In this document: positions 12,790-24,497 of the stretch, piece by piece
How positions within the stretch are numbered: the first letter of the stretch is position 1
Layout: each line of letters starts with the position of its first letter
From: Tubulanus polymorphus
Lineage: Eukaryota > Animalia > Nemertea
Assembly (NCBI RefSeq): GCF_964204645.1
Contig: NC_134028.1
Location: 13,067,263 to 13,131,262, forward strand
Reading direction: 5' to 3'
Length of the DNA stretch: 64,000 bases
Made by a program: the position numbers and the translations under genes
The notes under the pieces: generated by a model
Told to the model about the DNA's origin: nothing
Databases searched by the model: none
The model's input: the letters and a program-made list of their open reading frames with translations, nothing else

Positions 12790-14475
12790 AATTTTGGTTT
12801 TTTCCCCGTGACAATTCTTTATTTTGGTTTTATCGCCCGCGACAATTCATTATTTTGGTTTTATCGCCCGCGACAATTCATTAATTTGGTTTTGTCACCC
12901 GCGACAAATCAATATTTTGGTTTTGTCGCCCATGACAATTCAATATTTTGGTTTTTATCGCCCGCGACAATTCATTATTTTGGTTTTATCGCCCGCGACA
13001 ATCCATTATTTTGGTTTTATCGCCCGCGACAATTCATTATTTTGGTTTTATCGCCCGCGACAATTCATTATTTTGGTTTTATCGCCCGCAACAATTTTTT
13101 GTTGTTGCTGTTTTATCGCCCGCGACAATTCATTATTTTGGTTTTATCGCCCGCAACAATTTTTTTTTTGTCGCGGTTTTATCGCCCGCGACAATTCATT
13201 GTTTTGGTTTTATCGCCCGCAACAATTCAAGATTTTGGTTTTTCTACCGCGACAATTCATTTTTTGGATTTGTCGCCCACGACAATACAATATTTTGGTT
13301 TTATCGCCAGCGACAATTTATTATTTTGGTTTGATCGCCCGCGACAATTCATTGTTTTGGTTTTATCGCCCGCAACAATTCAAGATTTTGGTTTTTCTAC
13401 CGCGACAATTCATTTTTTGGATTTGTCGCCCACGACAATACAATATTTTGGTTTTGTCGCATGCGACAATTCATTATTTTGGTTTTATCGCCCGCGACAA
13501 TTCATTATTTTGGTTTGATCGCCCGCGACAATTCATTATTTTGGTCTTATCGCCCGCGACAATTCATTAATTTGGTTTTGTCACCCGCGACACAACAATA
13601 TTTTGGTTTTGTCGCCCACGACAATTCAATATTTTGGTTTTATCGCCCGCGACAATTCATTGTTTTGGTTTTATCGCCCGTGACAATTCATTATATTGGT
13701 TTTGTCGCACGCGACAATAGTGACAATTCAAGATTTTGGTTTTATCGCCCGCGAAAATTCATTTTTTGGATTTGTCGCCCACGACAATTCAATATTTTGG
13801 TTTTATCGCCCGCGACTATTCATTATTTTGGTTTTATCGCCCGCGACAATTTTTTTTCTTTTTGTCGCGGTTTTATCGCCTGCGACACTTCAATATTTTG
13901 GTTTTATCGCCTGCGACAATTCATTATTTTGGTTTTATCGCCCGCGACAATTCATTAGTTTGGTTTTGTCGCCCGCGACAATTCATTACTTTGGTTTTAT
14001 TGCCCGCGACAATTCATTAATTTGATTTTGTCGCCCACGACAATTCATTTTTTTGGTTTTATCGCCTGCGACAATTTATTATTTTGGTTTTATCGCCCGT
14101 GACAATTCATTAGTTTGGTTTTGTCGCCCGCGACAATTCAATATTTTGCTTTTGTCCCACGCGACAATTCAATATTTTGGTTTTATCGCCTGCGACAATT
14201 CATTATTTTGGTTTTTAGTGCCAGCGACAATTCAATATTTTGGTTTTATCGCCTGCGACAATTCATTATTTCGATTTTTAGTGCCCGCGACAATTCATTA
14301 GTTTGGTTTTGTCGCCTGCGACAATTCAATATTTTGGTTTTGTCGCCCGCGACAATTCAAGATTTTGGTTTTATCGCCAGCGACAATTCAATATTTTGGT
14401 TTTATCGCCCGCAACAATTGATTATTTTGGTTTTATCGCCCGCGACAATTAATTTTTTTGGTTTTGTCGCCCACT
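12790..14475 (+). repeat. 31-bp satellite array, consensus ttttggttttatcgcccgcgacaattcatta
   Basis: Over 50 tandem units with internal tcgc-cc-gcga dyad. Confidence 0.97.
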
Positions 14476-14562
14476 TCATTATCTTTGGAATAATTAGGCC
14501 AATTAATAACGTAATAAAGACTTATGCTTTCGCCTATTTTGAAGTCGATTAATCTGACATAG

Positions 14563-14866
14563 TACGGAAGCGATAAAGGGCCTCGAGTTGTCGCGTTCAA
14601 ACTCGACAAGTCGCCATATTTATGTCGATATATCGCGATATATCGCGTCAAGTCCACATGAATATGTCTACATATCGTGACGTTTTCACGAGAAATTTCG
14701 CTTTTTTCGCTTAAAATGGTTGAGAAAACGAAATATGTCGTCAAAACGTCACGATATATCGACATATTCATGTCGACTTGACGCGATATATCGCGGTATG
14801 TCGACATAAATGTGGCGACTTGTCGAGTTGGAACGCGACATCTCGAGGCCCATTATCGCTTCCGTA
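14563..14866. mobile_element. Palindromic MITE with ~135-bp TIRs (tacggaagcgat..atcgcttccgta)
   Basis: Almost entirely self-complementary; flanked by catag/tatag; empty site ctgatatagtgtcg in the other repeat units (e.g. 18474). Confidence 0.85.
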
Positions 14867-14960
14867 TATAGTGTCGAATATTAAGGTCATTTTGGCAGAT
14901 TCTTTTTTTTTAAAGTGATATTAAAGCGATCATTCAATTGATCCTACTTAATGAAAGATC

Positions 14961-15516
14961 TACGGAAGCGATAAAGGGCCTCGAGTTGTCGCGTTCCAAC
15001 TCGACAAGTCGCCATATTTATGTCGATATATCGCATCAAGTCGACATGAATATGTTGACATATCGTGACGTTTTGACGACTTGAAACTCAGTCGTCATAT
15101 CACTGGGGTACGGAAGCGATAAGGGGCCTCGAGTTGTCACGTTCCAACTCGTCAAGTCGCCATATTTATGTCGACATATTGCGATATATCGCGTCAAGTC
15201 GACATGAATATGTCATCATATCGTGACGTTTTCACGACAAATTTCGCTTTCTCGACCACTTTCCTCGCGACAAGTCGACATATTCACGACGACTTGAAAC
15301 TCAGTCGTCATATTACTGGTGTCCTCATCTTACATTTAGACATGTCTTCAAATGACGGTTTGTCCCGTGGAAAATGGGCGAAAAAGCGAAATTTGTCGTG
15401 AAAACGTCACGATATATTCATGTCGACTTGACGCGATATATCGCGATATGTCGACATAAATATGGCGACTTGTCGAGTTGGAACGCGACAACTCGAGGCC
15501 CTTTATCGCTTCCGTA
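14961..15516. mobile_element. Two more copies of the same MITE (partial 14961-15108; complete 15109-15516)
   Basis: Same tacggaagcgataa / ttatcgcttccgta termini. Confidence 0.8.
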
Positions 15517-17679
15517 CGTACGTGTTCTACTTTCTGCGACGCGACACGACTGTCACAACCAACCGACGAACCAATAATATTCTATACGATTGAACCAATT
15601 TGAAAAAAATCGTTAGAACAAAGTTAGAAACGAAAGGTTTTTCGTTCGAACAATCGTTCAATTGAACAGAATCGTTTTAATTTGAACAGAATTTTCTTAT
15701 CAGAACATTAAGTCTTTCGTACGAACAAGTATATTGAAAAAAGTTTTTTCTCTAAACCGAAAGTATTAAGTATTTCGTTCAATCGAACAGAATTGTTTTC
15801 ATTCAAACATTTGTTCGAAAAAATTGTTTTCGCTCAACCAAATTTCTTTGCCGGGACTAAAAATTTTTTATTTCAACAATAACATAGCTTTTTATTCGAA
15901 CACATTTTTTGACAGAATGAAGTAAATTTTTGGTTCAAGCAAAGAGCGTATTGTTCGATCAAATAGAATTATTTTCATTCGAACAAGATTTTCTTGTTGG
16001 AACATTAAGTTTTTTGGTCGAACAGCGTGTTAAGGTCGATTTGGAAATTTACTCGGTCTGGTATATGTTGGATAACTGTGTATGTCATTTGTCAGGACAT
16101 TAAACAGAGGACAACTTTGGATACTACCTTGCGTGACTCCACTAGTTTGACCGACTTATTCCAAGATGAGGCTTTCCGTTGATTTCGGCTACAAGTTTTC
16201 GTTCAGAGATAACTGCTGAGCCATTTGGGCGACCTATCATTGATACTGTTTCCTAATAGCCTGTTTAGTAATGGCTGATGTTGTGCCTTATCAAATGCTT
16301 CGTCGAAATCCACCGTTGAACAGGATTTTAAGACTGTGCAGAAAACCCGTTATCGCTGCTATGCAGCTATATTTATTATTATTATTTTCCACACTATTTT
16401 TACTAAAAGAACAAAGGCTTTGTTACCTTGCCGCTTTTGTCGATACAATCCGTCTGATATCATTCAGCTCACTTCGATCTACAAATACCCCGTGCGTATT
16501 TTGAAGAATCATCGTTACAAAAGCACTGTCGGGCCGTAAACATCGAAAATTGAGCCCCATTCAAAGAGCCGACATGTTTTTCTAAGTCCTCTTTCCGAAA
16601 TCTACTGCACGTTTCTTGCCACATCAATAATCAATTCAAGCATAAATTAACAAATTTATTACCCAAAGATTGCACATTCTGTCGCGGTTTTAAAAAACTA
16701 ATTTTAACAATAGCCTATTTTCCTCATCAAATGTTATTACCGATATACAGGAAATTTACTACTTAAAATTTTAAAAGCACTGTCGAGCCCTAAACATCGA
16801 CGAATCGACGTGTGTCACTACATCGTCGTTCCGGGGATCAGCTGCGAGTTTCACCTCATCATGAGAATCAAATCGAGTACAAATTAATTTATTACTACCA
16901 GTGATTTGGCTGCGGGCGTCAAGCAGTTTGTTTAACAATACCTATTTTTCTTTATCAAATTAACCATGTATTTACTAAGATAAATCATAAGTGTACCGGG
17001 GAGTCGTAGGCCTAAACGAAACACGCCAAAGAGATATAGTGGAGAAAAGCTGTTATGTCGACGAGGTATCAAAATAAAAGAATATAATACTTTATTCGGC
17101 CGCGGGCTTCAACCTCTATATCAATACCATCAATACTCTATATTTCCTACAGTACATACCGATCATTGTCAAATGCACAAGGTATTTACTAAATACAAGT
17201 ATATAACACAATCCTTTCCGTATGCTGGACTCACACTTGACATTCGGAGTAAGCGTTCCCTGTGGGGGAAAGGGATCGTTCGCTGTGTCGCTTGAAGTGT
17301 TTATCGAGTTTGACGCGGCTTTAGGTCTACCGGTACTGAGCTTTACTGTCTCAAACAAACGCAGTATAATTGTTGCATTTATTAACGGACTCATTGGATT
17401 GAACTTCAAAACAAAATTTACGATATTTAGGTGGGTTGTTATTCAATAGGCCTACGACCAATCAGTCCGGATGTTAGGCCTACGCATATACATAGGCCTA
17501 CATAGGCTAGTAGCCTCTACTAGGTTAAGCGTTCGCTGTGGGGGAAAGGAGATCGTTCGCTGTGTCGCTTGAAGTGTTTATCGAGTTTTACGCGACCTTT
17601 AGGCTTTAGTATGGTGGCTGATAAGGGCCATGCATAAAAAGAACACGTATATGCAAATGAGGGCGACATTATGACATAA

Positions 17680-18425
17680 CAATAATTTTGGTTTTGTCGC
17701 CCGCGACAATTCATTATTTTGGTTTTGTCGCACGCGACAATTCATTATTTTGGTTTTATCGCCCGCGACAATTCGTTATTTTGGTTTTGTCGCCCGCGAC
17801 AATTCATTATTTTGGTTTAATCGCCCGCGACAATTCAATATTTTGGTTTTATCGCCAGCGACAACTCATTATTTTGGTGTTATCGCCCGCGACAATTCAT
17901 TAATTTGGTTTTGTCACCCGCGACAAATCAATATTTTGGTTTTGTCGCACGCGACAATTCATTATTTTGGTTTTATCGCCTGCGACAATTCAATATTTTG
18001 GTTTTATCGCCAGCGACAATTCATTATTTTGGTTTTATCGCCCATGACAATTTTTTTTTTGTCGCGGTTTTATCGCCCGCGACAATTCATTTTTCGGTTT
18101 TGTCGCCCGCGACAATTCAATATTTTGGTTTTATTGCCAGCGACAATTGATTATTTTGGTTTTATCGCCCGTGACAATTCATTATTTTGGTTTTATCGCC
18201 CGCGACAATTCATTAGTTTGGTTTTGTCGCCCGCGACAATTCAAGATTTTGGTTTTATCGCCCGCGACAATTCATTTTTTTGGTTTTGTCGCCAGCGACA
18301 ATTCAATATTTTGGTTTTATCGCCCTCGACAATTAATTATTTTGGTTTTATCGCCTGCGACAATTGATTATTTTGGTTTTATCGCATGCGCCAATTCATA
18401 TTTTTTGTTTTGTCGCCCACTTTTA
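17680..18425 (+). repeat. 31-bp satellite array (HOR unit 1)
   Basis: Same consensus as 12790-14475. Confidence 0.95.
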
Positions 18426-19074
18426 ATAACGTAATAAAGACTTATGCTTTCGCCTATTTTGAAGTCGATTAATCTGATATAGTGTCGAATATTAAGGTCA
18501 TTTTGGCAGATTCTTTTTTTGAAAAGTGATCATTCAAGTGATCCTACTTAATGAAAGATCACATATTATTTCTTTTTCTAAAGATAAACGGAAGCTTATA
18601 TGTCAAAAGCGATAAAGGGCCTCGAGTTGTCGCGTTCCAACTCGACAAGTCGCTATATTTATGTCGACATATCGCGATACACCGCGTCAAGTCGACATGA
18701 ATATGTCGACATATCGTGACGTTTTCACGACAAATTTCGCTTTTTCGCCCATTTTCCTCGGGATTGAACTTCAAAACAAAATTTACGATATTTAGGTGGG
18801 TTGTTATTCAATAGGCCTACGACCAATCAGTCCGGATGTTAGGCCTACGCATATACGTAGGCCAACATAGGCTAGTAGCCTCTACTAGGTTAAGCGTTCG
18901 CTGTGGGGGAAAGGAGATCGTTCGCTGTGTCGCTTAAAGTGTTTATCGAGTTTTACGCGACCTTTAGGCTTTAATATGGTGGCTGATAAGGGCCATGCGT
19001 AAAAAAAACACGTATATGCAAATGAGGGCGACATTATGACAAAACGACAAAACTAAAATAACGCGACAAAACAA

Positions 19075-19875
19075 TAATTTTGGTTTTGTCGCCCGCGAAA
19101 ATTCATTATTTTGGTTTTGTCGCACGCGACAATTCATTATTTTGATTTTATCGCCCGCGACAACTCGTTATTTTGGTTTTGTCGCATGCGACAATTCATT
19201 ATTTTGGTTTTATCGCCCGCGACAATTCAATATTTTGGTTTTATCGCCAGCGACAATTCATTATTTTGGTTTTATCGCCCGCGACAATTCATTAATTTGG
19301 TTTTGTCACCCGCGACAAATCAATATTTTGGTTTTGTCGCATGCGACAATTCATTATTTTGGTTTTATCGCCCGCGACAATTTTTTTTTTGTCGCAGTTT
19401 TATCGCCTGCGACAATTCAATATTTTGGTTTTATCGCCAGCGACAATTCATTATTTTGGTTTTATCGCCCGCGAAAATTCATTAGTTTGGTTTTGTTGCC
19501 CGCGCAAATTCAAGATTTTGGTTTTATCGCCCGCAGCAATTCAAGATTTTGGTTTTATCGCCCGCGACAATTCATTTTTTTGGTTTTGTCGCCCGCGCCA
19601 ATTCAATATTTTGGTTTTATCGCCAGAGACAATTGATTATTTTGGTTTTATCGCACGCGACAATTCATTATTTTGGTTTTATCGCCCGCGACAATTCATT
19701 AGTTTGGTTTTGTCGCCCGCGACAATTCAATATATTGGTTTTGTCGCCCGCGACAATTCAAGATTTTGGTTTTATCGCCTGCGACAATTAATTATTTTGG
19801 TTTTATCGCCCGCGACAATTGATTATTTTGGTTTTATCGTACGCGCCAATTCATTTTTTTTGTTTTGTCGCCCAC
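19075..19875 (+). repeat. 31-bp satellite array (HOR unit 2)
   Basis: Same consensus. Confidence 0.95.
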
Positions 19876-20509
19876 TTTTAATAACGTAATAAAGACTTAT
19901 GCTTTCGCCTATTTTGAAGTCGATTAATCTGATATAGTGTCGAATATTAAGGTCATTTTGGCAGATTCTTTTTTTTAAAAGTGATATTAAAGCGATCATT
20001 CAAGTGTTCCTACTTAATGAAAGATCACATATTATTTCTTTTTCTAAAGATAAACGGAAGCTTATATGTCAAAAGCGATAAAGGGCCTCGAGTTGTCGCG
20101 TTCCAACTCGACAAGTCGCTATATTTATGTCGACATATCGCGATACATCGCGTCACGTTTTCACGACAAATTTCGCTTTTTTGCCCATTTTCCTCGGGAT
20201 TGAACTTTAAAACAAAATGTACGATATTTAGGTGGGTTGTTATTCAATAGGTCTACGACCAATCAGTCCGGATGTTAGGCCTACGCATATACATACGCGT
20301 ACATAGGCTAGTAGCCTCTACTAGGTTAAGCGTTCGCTGTGGGGGAAAGGAGATCGTTCGCTGTGTCGCTTGAAGTGTTTATCGAGTTTTACGCGACCTT
20401 TAGGCTTTAGTATGGTGGCTGATAAGGGCCATGCGTCAAAAAAACACGTATATGCAAATGAGGGCGACATTATGACCAAACGACAAAACTAAAATAACGC
20501 GACATAACA

Positions 20510-21255
20510 ATAATTTTGGTTTTGTCGCCCGCGACAATTCATTATTTTGGTTTTATCGCCCGCGACACTTCATTATTTTGGTTTTATCGCCCGCAAGAAT
20601 TTATCATTTTGGTTTTATCGCCCACGACAATTCGTTATTTTGGTTTTAACGCACACGACAATTCATTATTTTGGTTTTATCGCCCGCGACAATTTTTTTT
20701 TTGTTACGGTTTTATCGCCTGCGACAATTCAATATTTTGGTTTTATCGCCAGCGACAATTCATGATTTTGGTTTTATCGCCCGCGAAAATTCATTAGTTT
20801 GGTTTTGTCGCCCACAACAATTCATTATTTTGGTTTTATCGCCCGCGACACTTCATTATTTTGGTTTTATCGCCCGCGAGAATTCATTATTTTGGTTTTA
20901 TCGCCCGCAACAATTCGTTATTTTGGTTTTGTCGCACGCGACAATTCATTATTTTGGTTTTATCGCCCGCGACAATTTTGTTGTTGTTGCGGTTTTATCG
21001 CCTGCGACAATTCAATATTTTGGTTTTATCGCCAGCGACAATTCATGATTTTGGTTTTATCGCCCGCGAAAATTCATTAGTTTGGTTTTGTCGCCCTCGA
21101 CAATTCAAGATTTTGGTTTTATTGCCCGCGACAATTCAATATTTTGGTTTTATCGCCCTCGACAATTAATTATTTTGGTTTTATCGCCTGCGACAATTGA
21201 TTATTTTGGTTTTATAGCACGCGCCAATTCATTTTTTTTGTTTTGTCGCCCACTT
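20510..21255 (+). repeat. 31-bp satellite array (HOR unit 3)
   Basis: Same consensus. Confidence 0.95.
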
Positions 21256-21904
21256 TTAATAACGTAATAAAGACTTATGCTTTCGCCTATTTTGAAGTCG
21301 ATTAATCTGATATAGTGTCGAATATTAAGGTCATTTTGGCAGATTCTTTTTTTGAAAAGTGATCATTCAAGTGATCCTACTTAATGAAAGATCACATATT
21401 ATTTTTTTTCTAAAGATAAACGGAAGCTTATATGTCAAAAGCGATAAAGGGCCTCGAGTTGTCGCGTTCCAACTCGACAAGTCGCTATATTTATGTCGAC
21501 ATATCGCGATACATCGCGTCAAGTCGACATGAATATGTCGACATATCGTGACGTTTTCACGACAAATTTCGCTTTTTCGCCCATTTTCCTCGGGATTGAA
21601 CTTCAAAACAAAATTTACGATATTTAGGTGGGTTGTTATTCAATAGGCCTACGACCAATCAGTCCGGATGTTAGGCCTACGCATATACATAGGCCTACAT
21701 CGGCTAGTAGCCTCTACTAGGTTAAGCGTTCGCTGTGGGGGAAAGGAGATCGTTCGCTGTGTCGCTTAAAGTGTTTATCGAGTTTTACGCAACCTTTAGG
21801 CTTTAATATGGTGGCTGATAAGGGCCATGCGTAAAAAAAACACATATATGCAAATGAGGGCGACATTATGACAAAACGACAAAACTAAAATAACGCGACA
21901 AAAC

Positions 21905-22865
21905 AATAATTTTGGTTTTGTCGCCCGCGACAATTCATTATTTTGGATTTGTCGCACGCGACAATTCATTATTTTGATTTTATCGCCCGCGACAATTCGT
22001 TATTTTGGTTTTGTCGCATGCGACAATTCATTATTTTGGTTTTATCGCCCGCGACAATTCAATATTTTGGTTTTATCGCCAGCGTCAATTCATTATTTTG
22101 GTTTTATCGCCCGCGACAATTCATCAATTTGGTTATGTCACCCGCGACAAATCAATATTTTGGTTATGTCACCCGCGACAAATCAATATTTTGGTTTTGT
22201 CGCATGCGACAATTCATTATTTTGGTTTTATCGCCCGCGACAATTTTTTTTTTGTTACGGTTTTATCGCCTGCGACAATTCAATATTTTGGTTTTATCGC
22301 CAGCGACAATTCATGATTTTGGTTTTATCGCCCGCGAAAATTCATTAGTTTGGTTTTGTCGCCAGCGACAATTCATTATTTTGGTTTTATCGCCCGCGAC
22401 ACTTCATTATTTTGGTTTTATCGCCCGCGAGAATTCATTATTTTGGTTTTATCGCCCGCAACAATTCGTTATTTTGGTTTTGTCGCACGCGACAATTCAT
22501 TATTTTGGTTTTATCGCCCGCGACAATTTTGTTGTTGTTGCGGTTTTATCGCCTGCGACAATTCAATATTTTGGTTTTATCGCCAGCGACAATTCATGAT
22601 TTTGGTTTTATCGCCCGCGAAAATTCATTAGTTTGGTTTTGTCGCCCTCGACAATTCAAGATTTTGGTTTTATTGCCCGCGACAATTCAATATTTTGGTT
22701 TTATCGCCAGCGACAATTGATTATTTTGGTTTTATCGCCCGCGACAATTCATTTTTTGGTTTTGTCGCCCGCGACAATTCAATATTTTGGTTTTATCGCC
22801 AGCGACAATTGATTATTTTGGTTTTATCGCATGCGCCAATTCATTTTTTTTGTTTTGTCGCCCAC
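21905..22865 (+). repeat. 31-bp satellite array (HOR unit 4)
   Basis: Same consensus. Confidence 0.95.
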
Positions 22866-24343
22866 TTTTAATAACGTAATAAAGACTTATGCTTTCGCCT
22901 ATTTTGAAGTCGATTAATCTGATATAGTGTCGAATATAAAGGTCATTTTGGCAGATTCTTTTTTTGAAAAGTGATCATTCAAGTGATCCTACTTAATGAA
23001 AGATCACATATTATTTCTTTTTCTAAAGATAAACGGAAGCTTATATGTCAAAAGCGATAAAGGGCCTCGAGTTGTCGCGTTCCAACTCGACAAGTCGCTA
23101 TATTTATGTCGACATCGCGATACATCGCGTCAAGTCGACATGAATATGTCGACATATGGTGACGTTTTCACGACAAATTTCGCTTTTTCGCCCATTTTCC
23201 ACGGGACAAGCCGTCATTTGAAGACACGTCAAAATGTAAGATGAGGACGCCAGTAATATGGTGACTGAGTTTCAAGTCGTCATGAATATGTCAAATTGTT
23301 GCGAGGAAAATGGTTGAGAAAACGAAATATGTCGTCAAAACTTCCGAATATATGGGACCCGTACACAACCGTCGTGACCTTTTATCACGACGAAATTATG
23401 TCGAACAAACGTGATATCTCAACATAACCGCGTACCGTCGACATAATTATCACTCCTTTAACTAAAATGTCGTGATACGTATGGCAATTTATTGAGACAA
23501 TATCGCAAAAAGTCGACATAAAAATCATGACATTTTAAATAAGGTCTTCCTAGTTACATCGATACATTGAGATAGTTAACCTAATTTCAATAAGGGGACG
23601 CATACTTAATGATGTTTAATGTTAGATGAATATGAAAGAAGAAATGAAGTTGGCCGAAAAATTAAAATGACTTTATCATCACCAGAATCTGGTGGACATA
23701 TTGAATGTTGGGGTTCAAGTAGAATGACCCCATTAAACAGTAGACGACTTAGGATACTACCTAGCGTGACTCCACTAGTTAGACCGACTTATTCCAAGAT
23801 GAGGCGTTCCGTTGATTTTGGCTATAAGTTTTCATTCAGAGATAACTGCCGAGCCATTTGGGCGACCTATCATTGATACTGTTTCCTAATAGTCTGTTTA
23901 GTTAGTAATGGCTGATGTTGTGCCTTATCAAATGCTTTGTCGAAATCCACCGATGAACAGGATTCTAAGACAGCAGAAAATCCGTTATCGCTGCTTTGCA
24001 GCTATATTTGGTTATAATAATTTGATTAAAACTGCAACAATGAATAATAAATTTGGATTAAATGATATAAATAAAAAAGTTATCACTGCTCCAAAATTAA
24101 TAGAAGGTGAAAAAGATAAAAAAACATATTCAATCAACTGAAACTAAAACCAAATTAAATAATGATTCTACATTCAAGGATTACAATAAATCAGAAAATA
24201 TAAAAACTGATAATATACAACATGAAATAATTAAAAGTAATAATGATAATAAATCACATGCAAATATTAAATAAGCTTTATTTTGTATAGATATCTTATT
24301 AGGTTGAATATTATATTTCTAATTTTATTTTTTATTCATGTAA

Positions 24344-24497
24344 ATGGATGTAGAAGATGCTGAAGATTATGAATTACATGATTTAATGAAGATGGTATAA
24401 CTGATGAAGAACAACCAGATTTTAATGAAACAGATTTTAATAATGATAATGAATATAATTCTAATTTAATTGATGATAATGATGAAATTGATCATTC
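24344..24497 (+). pseudogene. Acidic N-terminus of a further viral-like ORF, truncated by a HINE fragment
   Basis: TAAATG start; MDVEDAEDYELHDL..TDEEQPDFNETDFNNDNEY. Confidence 0.4.

Larger units (their letters stand above)
11404..16374 (+). mobile_element. HINE family 1, inner copy B, nested in the ATT tract of copy A
   Basis: Second identical 5' head at 11404; 3' end cagaaaacccgttatcgctgctatgcagctatattt at 16339-16374, after which the ATT tract and body of copy A resume. Confidence 0.8.
17397..23206 (+). repeat. Four ~1.4-1.6 kb higher-order tandem units inside HINE copy A
   Basis: Unit starts ggattgaactt at ~17397, 18761, 20197, 21594; each unit = leader + 31-bp array + tail + MITE half. 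Confidence 0.9.
11353..24009 (+). mobile_element. HINE family 1, outer copy A (11353-11403 + 16375-24009)
   Basis: 5' hairpin agggttttctg-ttatttca-cagaaaaccct; 3' subTIR cagaaaatcc + stem-loop gctgc-ttt-gcagc + tattt; inserted at TT with no TSD. Confidence 0.8.
8951..24141 (+). pseudogene. Conserved hypothetical gene of invertebrate Polinton-like elements in 3 pieces (8951-9394, 10928-11355, 24010-24141)
   Basis: WQNQSNFAVYCAKTGCQIS..LFRFHTYFQIRIIL..ICNEFNIN|KNIDL..RINQSIRIYLICILGSQVETRS..IVRYQ..NMGNII|GYNNLIK; recognised from memory as a family seen in coral/mollusc elements; in-frame joins at both insertion sites; internal stops and frameshifts. Confidence 0.65.
1955..24497 (+). mobile_element. 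Fragmented endogenous Polinton/Maverick- or adintovirus-like element; pieces ~1955-2397, 3618-3716, 4895-6005, 7758-9394, 10928-11355, 24010-24497
   Basis: Extremely AT-rich, co-oriented, tightly packed intronless ORF remnants starting at TAAATG; includes a penton-like remnant; reading frames rejoin across insertions. Confidence 0.7.

Noticed and set aside
12808-22720. Long overlapping ORFs (VLSPATIHYFGFIARDNSLFWFYRPRQFIIL)n
   Set aside because: Artefact of a stop-free 31-bp unit cycling through all three frames
12790-22865. CRISPR-like appearance of 31-bp palindromic repeats with a leader
   Set aside because: Units are head-to-tail with no unique spacers, there are no cas genes, and the context is a eukaryotic intron; this is a satellite
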